NCBI GenBank assembly: GCA_963665115.1
Contig: OY762007.1
Location: 2,976,001 to 3,040,000, forward strand
Direction: 5' to 3'
Length of the DNA stretch: 64,000 nt
DNA from: an uncultured Rivularia sp.
GTDB taxonomy: Bacteria; Cyanobacteriota; Cyanobacteriia; Cyanobacteriales; Nostocaceae
In this document: piece after piece, positions 42,048-52,700 of the stretch
Numbering within the stretch: position 1 is the first letter of the stretch
How the letters are laid out: every line of letters begins with the position of its first letter
Made by a program: the position numbers and the translations under genes
The notes under the pieces: generated by a model
Seen by the model: only the letters and a program-made list of their open reading frames with translations
Told to the model about the DNA's origin: nothing
The model's database searches: none

Positions 42048-45000
42048 ATGGTTGACATTGTTGGATATTCCATCAAAGAAGAACCTATAGATTTTGCGGC
42101 TATCCTCAAAGCCTCTCAAGCACTTTTAGATATTGTTCAATTCGACGAGCTACTGTCCCATTTTACTCAGGTTATCGTACAAAATTCGGGAGCCGATTGC
42201 TGTTCCTTAATACTTCCCGATCGTAATGGGATATGGCACCTTGAAACCATTGCCACACCTGAGATAACAGAACTTCGCTCTGAACACCTTGAAGGCAATC
42301 CCAACCTACCTGTTAAATTAATTGAGTATGTCAAAAACACCCAACAAGAGGTGATGATTGACAATCTCAACACCCATTTACCTGTCATTGACAAGTATCT
42401 CAGCCAGCAAAAACCTTATAGCCTCCTGTGTTTACCTATTATAAATAAAGGGCATTTGTTCGGGATTGTGTATTTGAGTAACCACTCAACTAGTGCTGTG
42501 TTTACCAGCGATCGCATCCTTATACTCAACTTGCTTTGTACCCAGGCAGCAATCTCACTCGACAATTTACGGCTTTATCGGGAGCGCGATCGCGCACAAA
42601 TCAGCTTAAAGCAAAAAGAACATAACGTTGATGCTCGCTATCGTGCTTTGATAGATGGGTCATATGATAACCGCAAACAATTCGAGCGCGAACGACAGCA
42701 ATTAATTCAAGAACTATCCGATTTCAAATTTGCCCTCGATCAATCAGCTATAGTCGCTATCACTGATACCGCAGGAGCTATTACCTATGTCAATAACCGC
42801 TTCTGCGATATTTCCGGGTATTCCTACGATGAGTTGATTGGCAATACCCATCGGATTGTAAATTCTGGCTATCATTCCCTCGCTTTTTTTCAAGACTTGT
42901 GGAGTACCGTCATTAGTGGCAATATCTGGCGAGGTCAAATTTGCAATCGGAATAAGAATGGTAATCTGTATTGGGTAGAAAGTACCCTTATCCCATTTTT
43001 AGACGAGCAAGGGAGACCTTTTCAGTATCTAGCGATTCGCTTTGATATTACCGGACGCAAACAAGCCGAACAAACAATTTCTCAACAGGTAGAACGAGAA
43101 AAACTACTTAGAGAAATTACCCAGCGAATTCGACAATCCCTAAATCTTCAGACCATTTTCGACACCGCTTGTAAAGAAATCCGTCAAGTGATTCAAGCCG
43201 ATCGAGTTGGTATTTTCAAGTTTTATCCGGAATGTAACTTTGATGATGGCGAATTTGTAGCTGAATCGGTTCTAGAAGGATTTTCCTCAGTGGTTGCGAT
43301 CCGAGTCCACGACTACTGCTTTGGCAACAATTTTTCATCCCTTTATTCTAAAGGCAGATTCTATGCCGTTGATGATATCTATAACAACGGGCTAACAGGC
43401 TGTCACAGTGACATCTTAAGTCAGTTTGAAGTACGCGCTAATCTAGTGATGCCGTTACTTTGCGGTGAGCAGTTATGGGGTTTGCTATGCATTCATCAAT
43501 GTGGAACAACTCGTAAATGGCAGCAGTCGGAAATTGACCTGACGCAGCAATTAGCCAATCAACTAGCAATCGGTATTCAGCAAGCTAGCTTCTACGATCA
43601 AACACAGTGTGAACTGATGGTACGGCAGCAAACCGAAGCCAGAATTGCCATACAATTGCGACGACAGCAAGCTTTAGGGGCGATTATTCAACAAATTCGT
43701 GAATCATTAGACATTGACGAAATTCTCTCAACAGTCACCAAGCAAGTCAAAGAAATAATGCACTGCGATCGCGTCATTGTATTTCGACTTTTTGCTAATG
43801 GCGAAAGTGGAATAGTTGAAGAAGCCGTATCCGGTGAGTTTCCTGCGCTTAATGGTCGTAATTGGGACAATGAAGTATGGTCGCCGGAAATACTTGATTG
43901 TTACTGGCAAGGTAAGCCTCGTATCGTACCCGATGTGGTAGACGATATCTGGACAAAATGCCTAGTGGAATATTCAATTGAAGGTAAAATTAAATCCAAA
44001 ATTGTTGCGCCGATCTTGCAAGAAATACATACTAGCGAAAATCATCGTTGGGTTGCTCCAGGGGAAAACAATAAGCTTTGGGGGGTTTTAGTTGTCCATT
44101 CATGTGGAGCAAAACGATTATGGCAGGAATCTGAAGCGCAACTCTTACAACAAATTGCCAACCAACTCGCGATTGCCATTCAACAAGCTAAGCTATTCGA
44201 TCGGTTGCAGCAAGAACTAACCGAACGACAACAAGCTCAACAGCAGCTGACCGAACGCAACCAGCAACTTGCCGTATCAAATGAAGAACTTGCCCGCGCG
44301 ACTCGCCTTAAGGATGAGTTCCTTGCTAACATGAGCCATGAACTTCGTACCCCCCTTAACGCCATATTAGGAATGACCGAGGGGTTACAGGAGAAAGTCT
44401 TTGGGCAAATCAACGACCGACAACTTAAAGCATTACAAACCATTGAGGGCAGTGGTTCGCATTTGCTCGAACTAATTAACGATATCTTGGATGTCGCCAA
44501 AATTGAATCAGGTCAAATCGAACTTGATATCATCCCTATTAGTGTCGCTCCATTGTGCCAGTCAAGTTTAGCTTTTATTAAACGACAAGCTCTGAAAAAA
44601 CGCATTCATCTACAAACTAATTTACCCCACGAAGTACCCGATTTATTGATTGATGAACGACGCATCCGCCAGGTGTTGATCAACCTGCTCAACAATGCCG
44701 TCAAATTTACCCCAGATGGAGGAAGGATCACTTTAGAGGTCAGCCTTCAGCAGCACTTGACCGAAGCAGATTGCACCGATAACCCATACCAAAATTTCCT
44801 CCGAATTGCAGTCATTGATACAGGCATCGGTATTGCACTAGAAGATACAAAAAAACTATTTCAGCCCTTCGTCCAAATCGATAGTGCATTGAATCGTCAA
44901 TATACAGGAACCGGCTTAGGGCTTACCTTAGTGAAACGCACCGTAGAACTTCATGGTGGTCAAGTGAGGGTAACTAGTAAAATTGGAGTTGGAAGTTGCT

Positions 45001-45482
45001 TTACGGTTGACCTGCCTTGCGCCGCTACTGTATCATCTTTTCCTCAAATCAAAACCCAGCCAGAACTGTGTACCGAAACGAACTACCCAGTTGAGGAAGC
45101 ATCCCACTTAATTTTACTAGCTGAGGACAACGAAGCCAATGTAAGTACTGTTTCAAGCTACCTCAGAGCTAAAGGCTATCGTCTGCTCTTGGCTAAAAAC
45201 GGACAAGAGGCAGTTGCTCTAGCCCAATCTGAAGCGCCTGAGTTAATTTTGATGGATATTCAAATGCCTGGTATTGATGGGATAGAAGCAATGCAGCAAA
45301 TTCGCCGCAATCCAAACTTAGCCAATTTGCCCATAATTGCCCTGACGGCTTTAGCAATGGAAGGCGATCGCGAACGTTGTCTGGCTGCCGGAGCTAATGA
45401 TTACCTCAGCAAACCCGTCAAGTTAAAGCAACTGGCATTGACGATCCAACAGTTGTTAGCAACTCGGGAGGATACCTCATGA
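42048..45482 (+). CDS. hybrid photosensor kinase GAF-PAS-CBCR GAF-CBCR GAF-HisKA-HATPase-REC
   Basis: DYCF and GCH in the second GAF; Trp-rich WDNEVWS...IWTKCLVEY in the third [14 protein letters not shown]-box; LMDIQMP receiver domain. Confidence 0.93.
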   Translation: MVDIVGYSIKEEPIDFAAILKASQALLDIVQFDELLSHFTQVIVQNSGADCCSLILPDRNGIWHLETIATPEITELRSEHLEGNPNLPVKLIEYVKNTQQEVMIDNLNTHLPVIDKYLSQQKPYSLLCLPIINKGHLFGIVYLSNHSTSAVFTSDRILILNLLCTQAAISLDNLRLYRERDRAQISLKQKEHNVDARYRALIDGSYDNRKQFERERQQLIQELSDFKFALDQSAIVAITDTAGAITYVNNRFCDISGYSYDELIGNTHRIVNSGYHSLAFFQDLWSTVISGNIWRGQICNRNKNGNLYWVESTLIPFLDEQGRPFQYLAIRFDITGRKQAEQTISQQVEREKLLREITQRIRQSLNLQTIFDTACKEIRQVIQADRVGIFKFYPECNFDDGEFVAESVLEGFSSVVAIRVHDYCFGNNFSSLYSKGRFYAVDDIYNNGLTGCHSDILSQFEVRANLVMPLLCGEQLWGLLCIHQCGTTRKWQQSEIDLTQQLANQLAIGIQQASFYDQTQCELMVRQQTEARIAIQLRRQQALGAIIQQIRESLDIDEILSTVTKQVKEIMHCDRVIVFRLFANGESGIVEEAVSGEFPALNGRNWDNEVWSPEILDCYWQGKPRIVPDVVDDIWTKCLVEYSIEGKIKSKIVAPILQEIHTSENHRWVAPGENNKLWGVLVVHSCGAKRLWQESEAQLLQQIANQLAIAIQQAKLFDRLQQELTERQQAQQQLTERNQQLAVSNEELARATRLKDEFLANMSHELRTPLNAILGMTEGLQEKVFGQINDRQLKALQTIEGSGSHLLELINDILDVAKIESGQIELDIIPISVAPLCQSSLAFIKRQALKKRIHLQTNLPHEVPDLLIDERRIRQVLINLLNNAVKFTPDGGRITLEVSLQQHLTEADCTDNPYQNFLRIAVIDTGIGIALEDTKKLFQPFVQIDSALNRQYTGTGLGLTLVKRTVELHGGQVRVTSKIGVGSCFTVDLPCAATVSSFPQIKTQPELCTETNYPVEEASHLILLAEDNEANVSTVSSYLRAKGYRLLLAKNGQEAVALAQSEAPELILMDIQMPGIDGIEAMQQIRRNPNLANLPIIALTALAMEGDRERCLAAGANDYLSKPVKLKQLALTIQQLLATREDTS

Positions 45483-45507
45483 AGAAAGTATCCGCAGTCA
45501 ATACAAT

Positions 45508-45637
45508 CAGGACTTACGCAAAAATAACGTAACTGCGTCATTACTCATGAGAGGCGACGTAATCTCCCCAGGCGCTGGGAAAGATCCCCTACATTCCGTT
45601 CCGGTCGCAATGACAAATCTTCGTTGCGTAAGTCCTG
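45508..45637. mobile_element. 130-bp MITE with 14-bp terminal inverted repeats and 5-bp TSD
   Basis: CAGGACTTACGCAA...TTGCGTAAGTCCTG, flanked by ACAAT at 45503-45507 and 45638-45642. Confidence 0.85.
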
Positions 45638-45683
45638 ACAATATAAAGATTTTGACCTCGAACGCGATTTTTTTTAATGATTT

Positions 45684-45692
45684 GGGAACACT
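45684..45692 (+). promoter_or_regulatory. J-box-like motif GGGAACACT
   Basis: Lies within a decayed copy of the kinase promoter/leader cassette. Confidence 0.62.
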
Positions 45693-45935
45693 AAATGCAG
45701 AATTATTGAGGATATAAAGCATCGTTAGTATCACCAGATACCACATCCACAAAAAATCTGCAAGGGTTCAAGAATATAGCTATTTTTTGCTTTGGGAAAA
45801 AGCAACTAATTTTAATTTAATTTTCATATTTAGTACTTATTTTTGTTTATCGCCAAGACATAAAATTAATTTCGCAAATCAACAAAATTCAGACTATTTT
45901 TATTACCTAATAAGATTAAGGAGATATTTAAAACC

Positions 45936-46452
45936 ATGCAGAGCCAGCCACAAGGGCAATCGCCTCCACTGATATCTTCATCTTCAAAGCTCCCTCTACA
46001 AGATGATATGTTGCAACGGCAATTATTGCAGCTAGTAATGGATAACCTGCCAGAATGCATCTTTTGGAAAGATATAAATGGAGTTTACTTGGGCTGCAAC
46101 AGCAAATTTGCTGAAATTGCAGGGGTTGGCAGCCCTGAAAATATCGTTGGCAAAAATGATTACGAGCTACCCTGGAAAAAAAAAGAAACTGATTTTTTTC
46201 GTTCAAGACAATGGTTTAGAACTTGTTATACCTCCATCTGAGGATTTACAAATGTTATTCGATCTAGCCCAAGATGGCTGATTAATCAAGTTAGCAAAAA
46301 CAGCGGAAAAAATTGCACAAAACAATAACCTTTATCTACCCTTTGCCCAGAAAATTTTACAGATGACAAGGAAATTTGATACAGAAAAAATAGAGGAATT
46401 ACTTAATAAATATCTTCACTCCGAGCAATCTTTCCAATCTCGAAATCCATGA
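45936..46452 (+). pseudogene. internally deleted hybrid kinase remnant (partial PAS fused to C-terminal helical domain)
   Basis: PAS start (DNLPECIFWKD) joined out of frame at about 46200 to ELVIPPSEDL...YLPFAQKI, with in-frame TGA at 46279. The final stop overlaps the ATG at 46449. Confidence 0.8.
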
Positions 46453-48122
46453 CTAAGGAATTAATAGAATCAACAGGGCTGATCTTAATTGTGGACGATA
46501 TTACGGTTAATCTAGATGTACTATCTGAAACACTTAGTACAGCAGGTTATGACGTGGCGATCGCCACCAATGGAAAACGAGCTTTGAAACAGCTAGAGCG
46601 GAAATTGCCGGATCTAATTTTGCTGGACATAAAAATGTCTGAAATGAATGGTTTTGAAGTCTGCCAAAAAATCAAAGCTAATCCTACAACTTGCAATATT
46701 CCGATCATTTTTATCACGGCTTTAGCCGATCTAGATAGTAAGATTAAAGGCTTTGAACTAGGAGCATTAGACTATATTACTAAGCCATTCCAAGAGCAGG
46801 AAGTCCTCGCTAGGATCAAAACACATTTACAGTTGAGAAAGCTGACTCAAAACTTAGAGGAGCAAGTAGCTCTTAAAGTATTTTCATTGGAACAAGCCAA
46901 GCAAGCTGCCGAACAAGCAAATATCGCCAAAAGCCAATTCCTTGCTAACATGAGTCACGAGCTTCGCACTCCCCTCAACGCCATTTTAGGCATGACTGAG
47001 GGTCTACAAGAGCAGGTTTTTGGCAGCACCAACGACCAACAATTTAAAGCATTGCAAACTATTGAACGCAGTGCTTCCCATTTACTTGAACTGATTAACG
47101 ACATTCTGGATCTCTCAAAAATAGAATTGGCTCACATAGAGCTAAATCCTAGCTGTACTGACATAGCAGAACTTTGTCAAACGAGTTTAGCCTTCATTAA
47201 ACAACAAGCCCGCTCGAAAGACATCGAGCTAAAAACAAAGCTACAACCCAATTTGGCCAACTTACTTGTGGATGAAAGACGCATCCGCCAAGTTTTAATT
47301 AATCTGCTTACCAATGCTATTAAGTTCACCCCGGATCGAGGATGCATTACCTTAGAAGTAAACCTTCTTCCCCGTGGTACCTTTTCAGATGCTGTTTCCT
47401 CATCCCAAAATTACTTACGAATTGCTGTTAGAGATACTGGCATTGGTATTAATACCGAACATCTCGAAAAATTGTTTAAGCCCTTCGTGCAAATTGATAG
47501 CGCTCTGAATCGGAAATATGAAGGGACGGGTTTGGGACTTTCCTTGGTAAAACGCATCGTCGAACTTCATGGGGGACGGGTAGGAGTTATGAGTGAGGTC
47601 GGAGTAGGAAGCTGCTTCACAGTCGATCTACTCTATAGTGCTGCGACATCATCAGAGTGTGAATTAAAAATTCACTCAGAAATTAGCATCGAACCCAGCG
47701 AGCAAAAGCAAACAGCATCTCCTTTAATTTTGCTAGCTGAAGACAACGAGGCCAATATCGCAACAATTTCGGGCTACCTTAAAGCCAAAGGCTACCAAAT
47801 AGTTTTGGCGAAAAACGGGCAGGAGGCTATTGATTTGACCTACTCCAGAACGCCCGATTTGATTGTAATGGATATTCAAATGCCAGGAATAGATGGCATA
47901 GAAGCAATGCAGCAAATCCGTCAAAATCGAAATTTAGCGAATTTGCCTATCATAGCTCTTACAGCTTTAGCAATGAAAAGCGATGGGCAAAATCCCGGCG
48001 TAGCCGATTGCGAACGTTGTCTTACAGTCGGAGCCAATGAATACCTTAATAAACCCGTCAAGCTCAAGCAATTGACATTCATAATCCAAAAATTGTTAGA
48101 CGCTCAGGAGTATACCCTATGA
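46449..48122 (+). CDS. hybrid kinase REC-HisKA-HATPase-REC
   Basis: Two receiver domains flanking the [11 protein letters not shown]-box and HATPase; core paralogous to 42048. Confidence 0.94.
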   Translation: MTKELIESTGLILIVDDITVNLDVLSETLSTAGYDVAIATNGKRALKQLERKLPDLILLDIKMSEMNGFEVCQKIKANPTTCNIPIIFITALADLDSKIKGFELGALDYITKPFQEQEVLARIKTHLQLRKLTQNLEEQVALKVFSLEQAKQAAEQANIAKSQFLANMSHELRTPLNAILGMTEGLQEQVFGSTNDQQFKALQTIERSASHLLELINDILDLSKIELAHIELNPSCTDIAELCQTSLAFIKQQARSKDIELKTKLQPNLANLLVDERRIRQVLINLLTNAIKFTPDRGCITLEVNLLPRGTFSDAVSSSQNYLRIAVRDTGIGINTEHLEKLFKPFVQIDSALNRKYEGTGLGLSLVKRIVELHGGRVGVMSEVGVGSCFTVDLLYSAATSSECELKIHSEISIEPSEQKQTASPLILLAEDNEANIATISGYLKAKGYQIVLAKNGQEAIDLTYSRTPDLIVMDIQMPGIDGIEAMQQIRQNRNLANLPIIALTALAMKSDGQNPGVADCERCLTVGANEYLNKPVKLKQLTFIIQKLLDAQEYTL

Positions 48123-49225
48123 AAAAAGCATCCGTTTTAATCATTGATGACGAACCCGATAATTTTGATGTAATCGAAACTCTACTAAGCGTTGAGGTTA
48201 GTAGAAATTATTCAGGGGAAAATTATGATTATCAACTGCACTATGCTGCCGACGGGAGCAACGCGATCGCATCTCTCGACACCTTTAAACCCGATATTAT
48301 TTTGCTTGATGTGATGATGCCAGGAATAGATGGTATCGAAGTCTGCGGGCGTATTAAAGCAATGCCCCAGTGGCGATCGGTGCCAATCATTACGGTCACG
48401 GCTCTTAACAGTAAAGAAGACCTAGCTAACTGTCTAAGATCGGGTGCCGATGACTTTATCAGTAAGCCTATTAATGGTGCTGAACTGCGTGCAAGAGTAA
48501 ACTCCATGCTGCGAATCAAGCATCAGTATGACGACCTGCAAGCCCTGCTCAAGCTACGGGAAGACATGGTTAACATGGTAGTTCACGACCTACGAAATCC
48601 TCTTACTGATATATTGCTGGGTGTGGAGATTCTCCAAAGTGGGAAGTATCCTGCAAACAAGCACCAGCACAAATTAACTCGAATCTATTCCTCAGCACAA
48701 GCACTACAGGTATTGATTGATGATTTGCTGACTATGGCACTGCTCAAATCTGGTAAAGTTTCTCCCAATTGCATGGAAGTTTGCATATGTGAACTTATAC
48801 AGTCTGCCATCTCAAACTTTGAAACAATCGCAGCTAAAAAAAATCAAGTACTGGTGAGTCAATTACCAAAAGAATCTAGTCAGAAAGTCTTTGTTGATGC
48901 AACGATGATGCACCGAACCTTGGATAACCTCTTATCGAATGCAATTAAGTTTTCCCCAGACAGCAGCCAAATTATAGTTAAGGTTGAATTTACCACATCT
49001 GGTCATTATAAAATCCAAGTTATTGATTCCGGGCCGGGTGTTGCCGATGCATTCCAACAAAAGATTTTTGATCAATACGAAGTTGGAAATTCAATGTCCA
49101 ATGTCTCTCAAATAGGGTTGGGTTTAGCATTTTGCAAAATGGTAGTTGAAGCACATGGAGGAGAAATTTGTGTTAAAAAAAATCAACCCCAAGGAGCCAT
49201 TTTTGAGATTGTTTTGGCTGCATAG
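48119..49225 (+). CDS. hybrid response regulator / histidine kinase (REC-HisKA-HATPase)
   Basis: LLDVMMP receiver, VHDLRNPL H-box and [12 protein letters not shown] overlap with the upstream gene. Confidence 0.94.
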   Translation: MKKASVLIIDDEPDNFDVIETLLSVEVSRNYSGENYDYQLHYAADGSNAIASLDTFKPDIILLDVMMPGIDGIEVCGRIKAMPQWRSVPIITVTALNSKEDLANCLRSGADDFISKPINGAELRARVNSMLRIKHQYDDLQALLKLREDMVNMVVHDLRNPLTDILLGVEILQSGKYPANKHQHKLTRIYSSAQALQVLIDDLLTMALLKSGKVSPNCMEVCICELIQSAISNFETIAAKKNQVLVSQLPKESSQKVFVDATMMHRTLDNLLSNAIKFSPDSSQIIVKVEFTTSGHYKIQVIDSGPGVADAFQQKIFDQYEVGNSMSNVSQIGLGLAFCKMVVEAHGGEICVKKNQPQGAIFEIVLAA

Positions 49226-49281
49226 TAGTATTGACTGTTTCATAAATCTAGAAACTGACAAATTTTTGAGGGGTTGCAACA

Positions 49282-49585
49282 ATGTCTGACTTTTCTATCT
49301 TGGTTATTGATGATAGACAAACCAATAATTACAATTAGTACTTCACTCCAAGATAACTAAAATATATTAATTAGTATCAAAGATAATGGCGTTGGAATTA
49401 GTAAATCCATTTTAAATAAGATATTTGAACCATTTTTTACTACAAAACCTGTCGGCGGCGGTACGGGTTTAGGATTATCAACTAGTTATTCAATTGTCCT
49501 AAAAAAAGATCGGGGTAATTAGAGTTGCATCTCTGCTCCGAGAGAGGGGACAGAATTTTTAATTGAACTGCCTATTCAACCATAA
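49282..49585 (+). pseudogene. chimeric remnant: REC start fused to decayed HATPase 3' end
   Basis: ATG MSDFSILVIDD followed from 49315 by a close copy of 54932-55199 containing stops. Confidence 0.8.
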
Positions 49586-49688
49586 TAAGAATTACAACAA
49601 GTTCAAACTCTCTTATCAGTTCAGAACCTGATGGAATAATCAGCAAAGTAATACTTCCAACTTAAAATACAATTTTAAGGTCAGATTT

Positions 49689-49697
49689 GGGAATACT
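49689..49697 (+). promoter_or_regulatory. J-box GGGAATACT
   Basis: Exact match, 35 nt upstream of ATG. Confidence 0.72.
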
Positions 49698-49732
49698 AAA
49701 TTCGGAAGTATTTAGACTGGAATCAACGCAGC

Positions 49733-52700
49733 ATGGTTAGCATCTCTGGATATCACATATTAGAACAACTTTACAATGGTTCGAGAACCCTGATATATCG
49801 TGCTATTCGTGAAAATGACCGAAAACCTGTAGTTATCAAATTGCTCAAAAATTCATTAGCGGATTTCAGCGAGTTGGTACAGTTTCGCAACCAATACACC
49901 ATCACTAAAAATATACATTCACCTTACATTATTCAATCCTACAGCTTGGAAGATTATCGCAATACTTGTGCATTGGTAATGGAAGACATGGGGGGAATTT
50001 CTCTTAAAGAATATTTCAATAATGTAGAGACGTTATATATAACGTCTCAAAATACAACGTCTCAATACATAACGTCTCAAAATAATCTCCTTGAGACACC
50101 CTCCGCTAAATCGTTTCTACAAGAATTTCTTCAAATAGCCATTTTCCTGTGCGATGCCTTAGATACTTTATATCACTATAGAATAATTCATAAAGATATT
50201 AAACCCGCCAACATTTTAATTAATCCAAATACCAAACAAGTTAAATTAAGTGACTTTAGTATTGCTTCTTTACTTCCAAAAGAAACTCAAATTTTCATCG
50301 CTCCTTCGGTGTTGGAAGGAACTTTAAGCTATATATCTCCAGAGCAAACTGGAAGAATGAATCGCGGAATTGATTATCGTACTGATTTATATTCATTGGG
50401 TGTTACTTTTTACGAATTACTAACGGGAGAATTACCATTTAAATCGAAAGATGCGATGGAGTTGGTGCATTGTCATATTGCGAAAGCTCCTCCAAGTATG
50501 AAAAAACTTCACTCTAACTCTCTGCTTATTAAGGAAAGGGAAAAAGAAATCCCTCAAGTTTTATCAGATATCGTCATCAAGTTGATGGCGAAAAATGCGG
50601 AAGATAGATATCAAAGTGCTTTGGGATTAAAGTATGATTTAGAACTTTGTTTAAAGCAAATAAAAGAAGTTGAAAAGATAGAAAGTTTTGAAATTGCTCA
50701 AAGAGATATTTGTAATAGATTTATTATCTCTGAAAAACTCTACGGTAGAGAAACTGAAGTTCACAAATTATTAGCTGCATTTGATAGAGTATCAAATGGC
50801 AATAGTGAATTAATACTTGTTGCAGGTTTTTCTGGTATTGGCAAAACGGCCTTAGTTAATGAGGTTCATAAACCAATAGTTAAGCAACGCGGTTATTTTA
50901 TTAAAGGTAAATTTGACCAGTATAATCGTAATATTCCTCTTTCTGCTTTTGTGCAAGCGTTTAAAGATTTAATTGGACAATTATTGACTGAAAGCGACAG
51001 TCAACTGTCAATCTGGAAAAATCTCATTTTACAGGCTTTAGGAGATAACGGACAAGTAATTATTGATGTGATTCCCGAATTGGAAAATATTATTGGTAAA
51101 CAACCATACGCACCGGAATTATCGGGAGATGCGGCACAAAATAGATTTAATTTATTATTTCAAAAGTTTATTCAAGTTTTTACTACCAAAGAACATCCTT
51201 TAGTTATTTTTTTAGATGATTTGCAGTGGGCTGATTCGGCATCTTTGAAATTGATGCAGTTGCTTTTATCTGAATCAAAAACTGGTTATTTATTAATGAT
51301 TGGTGCTTACCGAGATAATGAAGTGTTTCCCGCTCATCCTTTGATGTTGACGCTAAATGAAGCATCTAAAATCGGTACAACAATTAATACAATTATTCTG
51401 AAACCTTTAAATAAAGCAAGTTTAACTGAATTAGTAGCAGATACTCTTTCATGTTCTAAGCATTTAGCAAAACCTTTGACTAATATCATCTATCAAAAAA
51501 CTAAAGGAAGTCCGTTTTTTGCAACTCAGTTTTTGAAAGCTTTACATCATGATGGATTAATTAACTTTGATAATCAAGCTGGATATTGGCAATGCAATAT
51601 TAATAAAGTCCGCTCGGCAGCGCTAACAGATGATGTAGTTGAATTCACAAGCATTCAATTACGCAAGCTACCAGAATCAACTCAAGATGTTTTGAAATTA
51701 GCTGCTTGTATTGGCAATCAATTTGATTTAGAAACATTAGCAATTCTTTCCGAAAAATCAAAAGAAGAAACAGCAGCTTGTTTATGGAAAGCTTTGCAAA
51801 AAGGTTTGATTTTACCGCAAAGTGATGTTTATAAGTTTTTTATTCAGGCTGAAAATCAAGAAATTAATTCGCAGACTGCTAAAGTTGCAAAATATAAGTT
51901 TTTGCATGACAGAATTCAGCAAGCTGCTTATTCTTTGATTCCAGAAGAAAAAAAACAAAAGACTCATTGGCAAATTGGACAAGCGCTATTAAGAATAATT
52001 TCAGAAGAACAGCTTGAAGAAATTATTTTTGAAGTAGTTAATCAACTTAACAATGGTTTGAAATTTTGCGAGCAAGATGCAACAAATAAAGAGAAAATCG
52101 CTCGACTAAACTTACAAGCAGGACTAAAAGCTAAGGAATCAACTGCATATGCTGCTGCTGTTAGCTATTTCAGTCAAGGAATTAGTTTGCTGGCTTGCGA
52201 CTTCTGGGAACATCAATACAAATTGAGCTTTGAACTGTATCGACAATTAGCAGAAGCAGAATATCTCAATGGTAACTTTGAACGAGCATAAATTTTAGTT
52301 GATGACATTCTTAAAAAAGCAAAGTCAGATATAGAAAAAGCCGACCTCTATAATCTTTTAGTTGTACAATTTACATTAGAAGCAAAATACGATCGAGCAA
52401 CTACAGTTGGCAAACAAGGACTTAGTTTATTAGGTATCAACATACCTATAGATAACTTGCAATCTTCTATCGATGAACAATTGCAAAAAATTATAGACGG
52501 ATTTAAACAGCAAGAAATTGTCTCTATTTTGCACAAACCAGTAATGAGTCAAGAAGACAAAAAAATTGCAATTAAACTTTTAATAAACCTCGATCCACCA
52601 ACATATATTACTGGGAATTTGAATCTGTATATATTCATTTCTTTAAAAGCAGTTTTACTTTCCTTAGAATATGGTAATGCTGCGGAATCTGCGAAAGCCT

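Noticed and set aside
45507..45972. ORFs 45507-45752 and 45787-45972
   Set aside because: They span the MITE, the decayed leader cassette and AT-rich spacer DNA, and have no coding signature.
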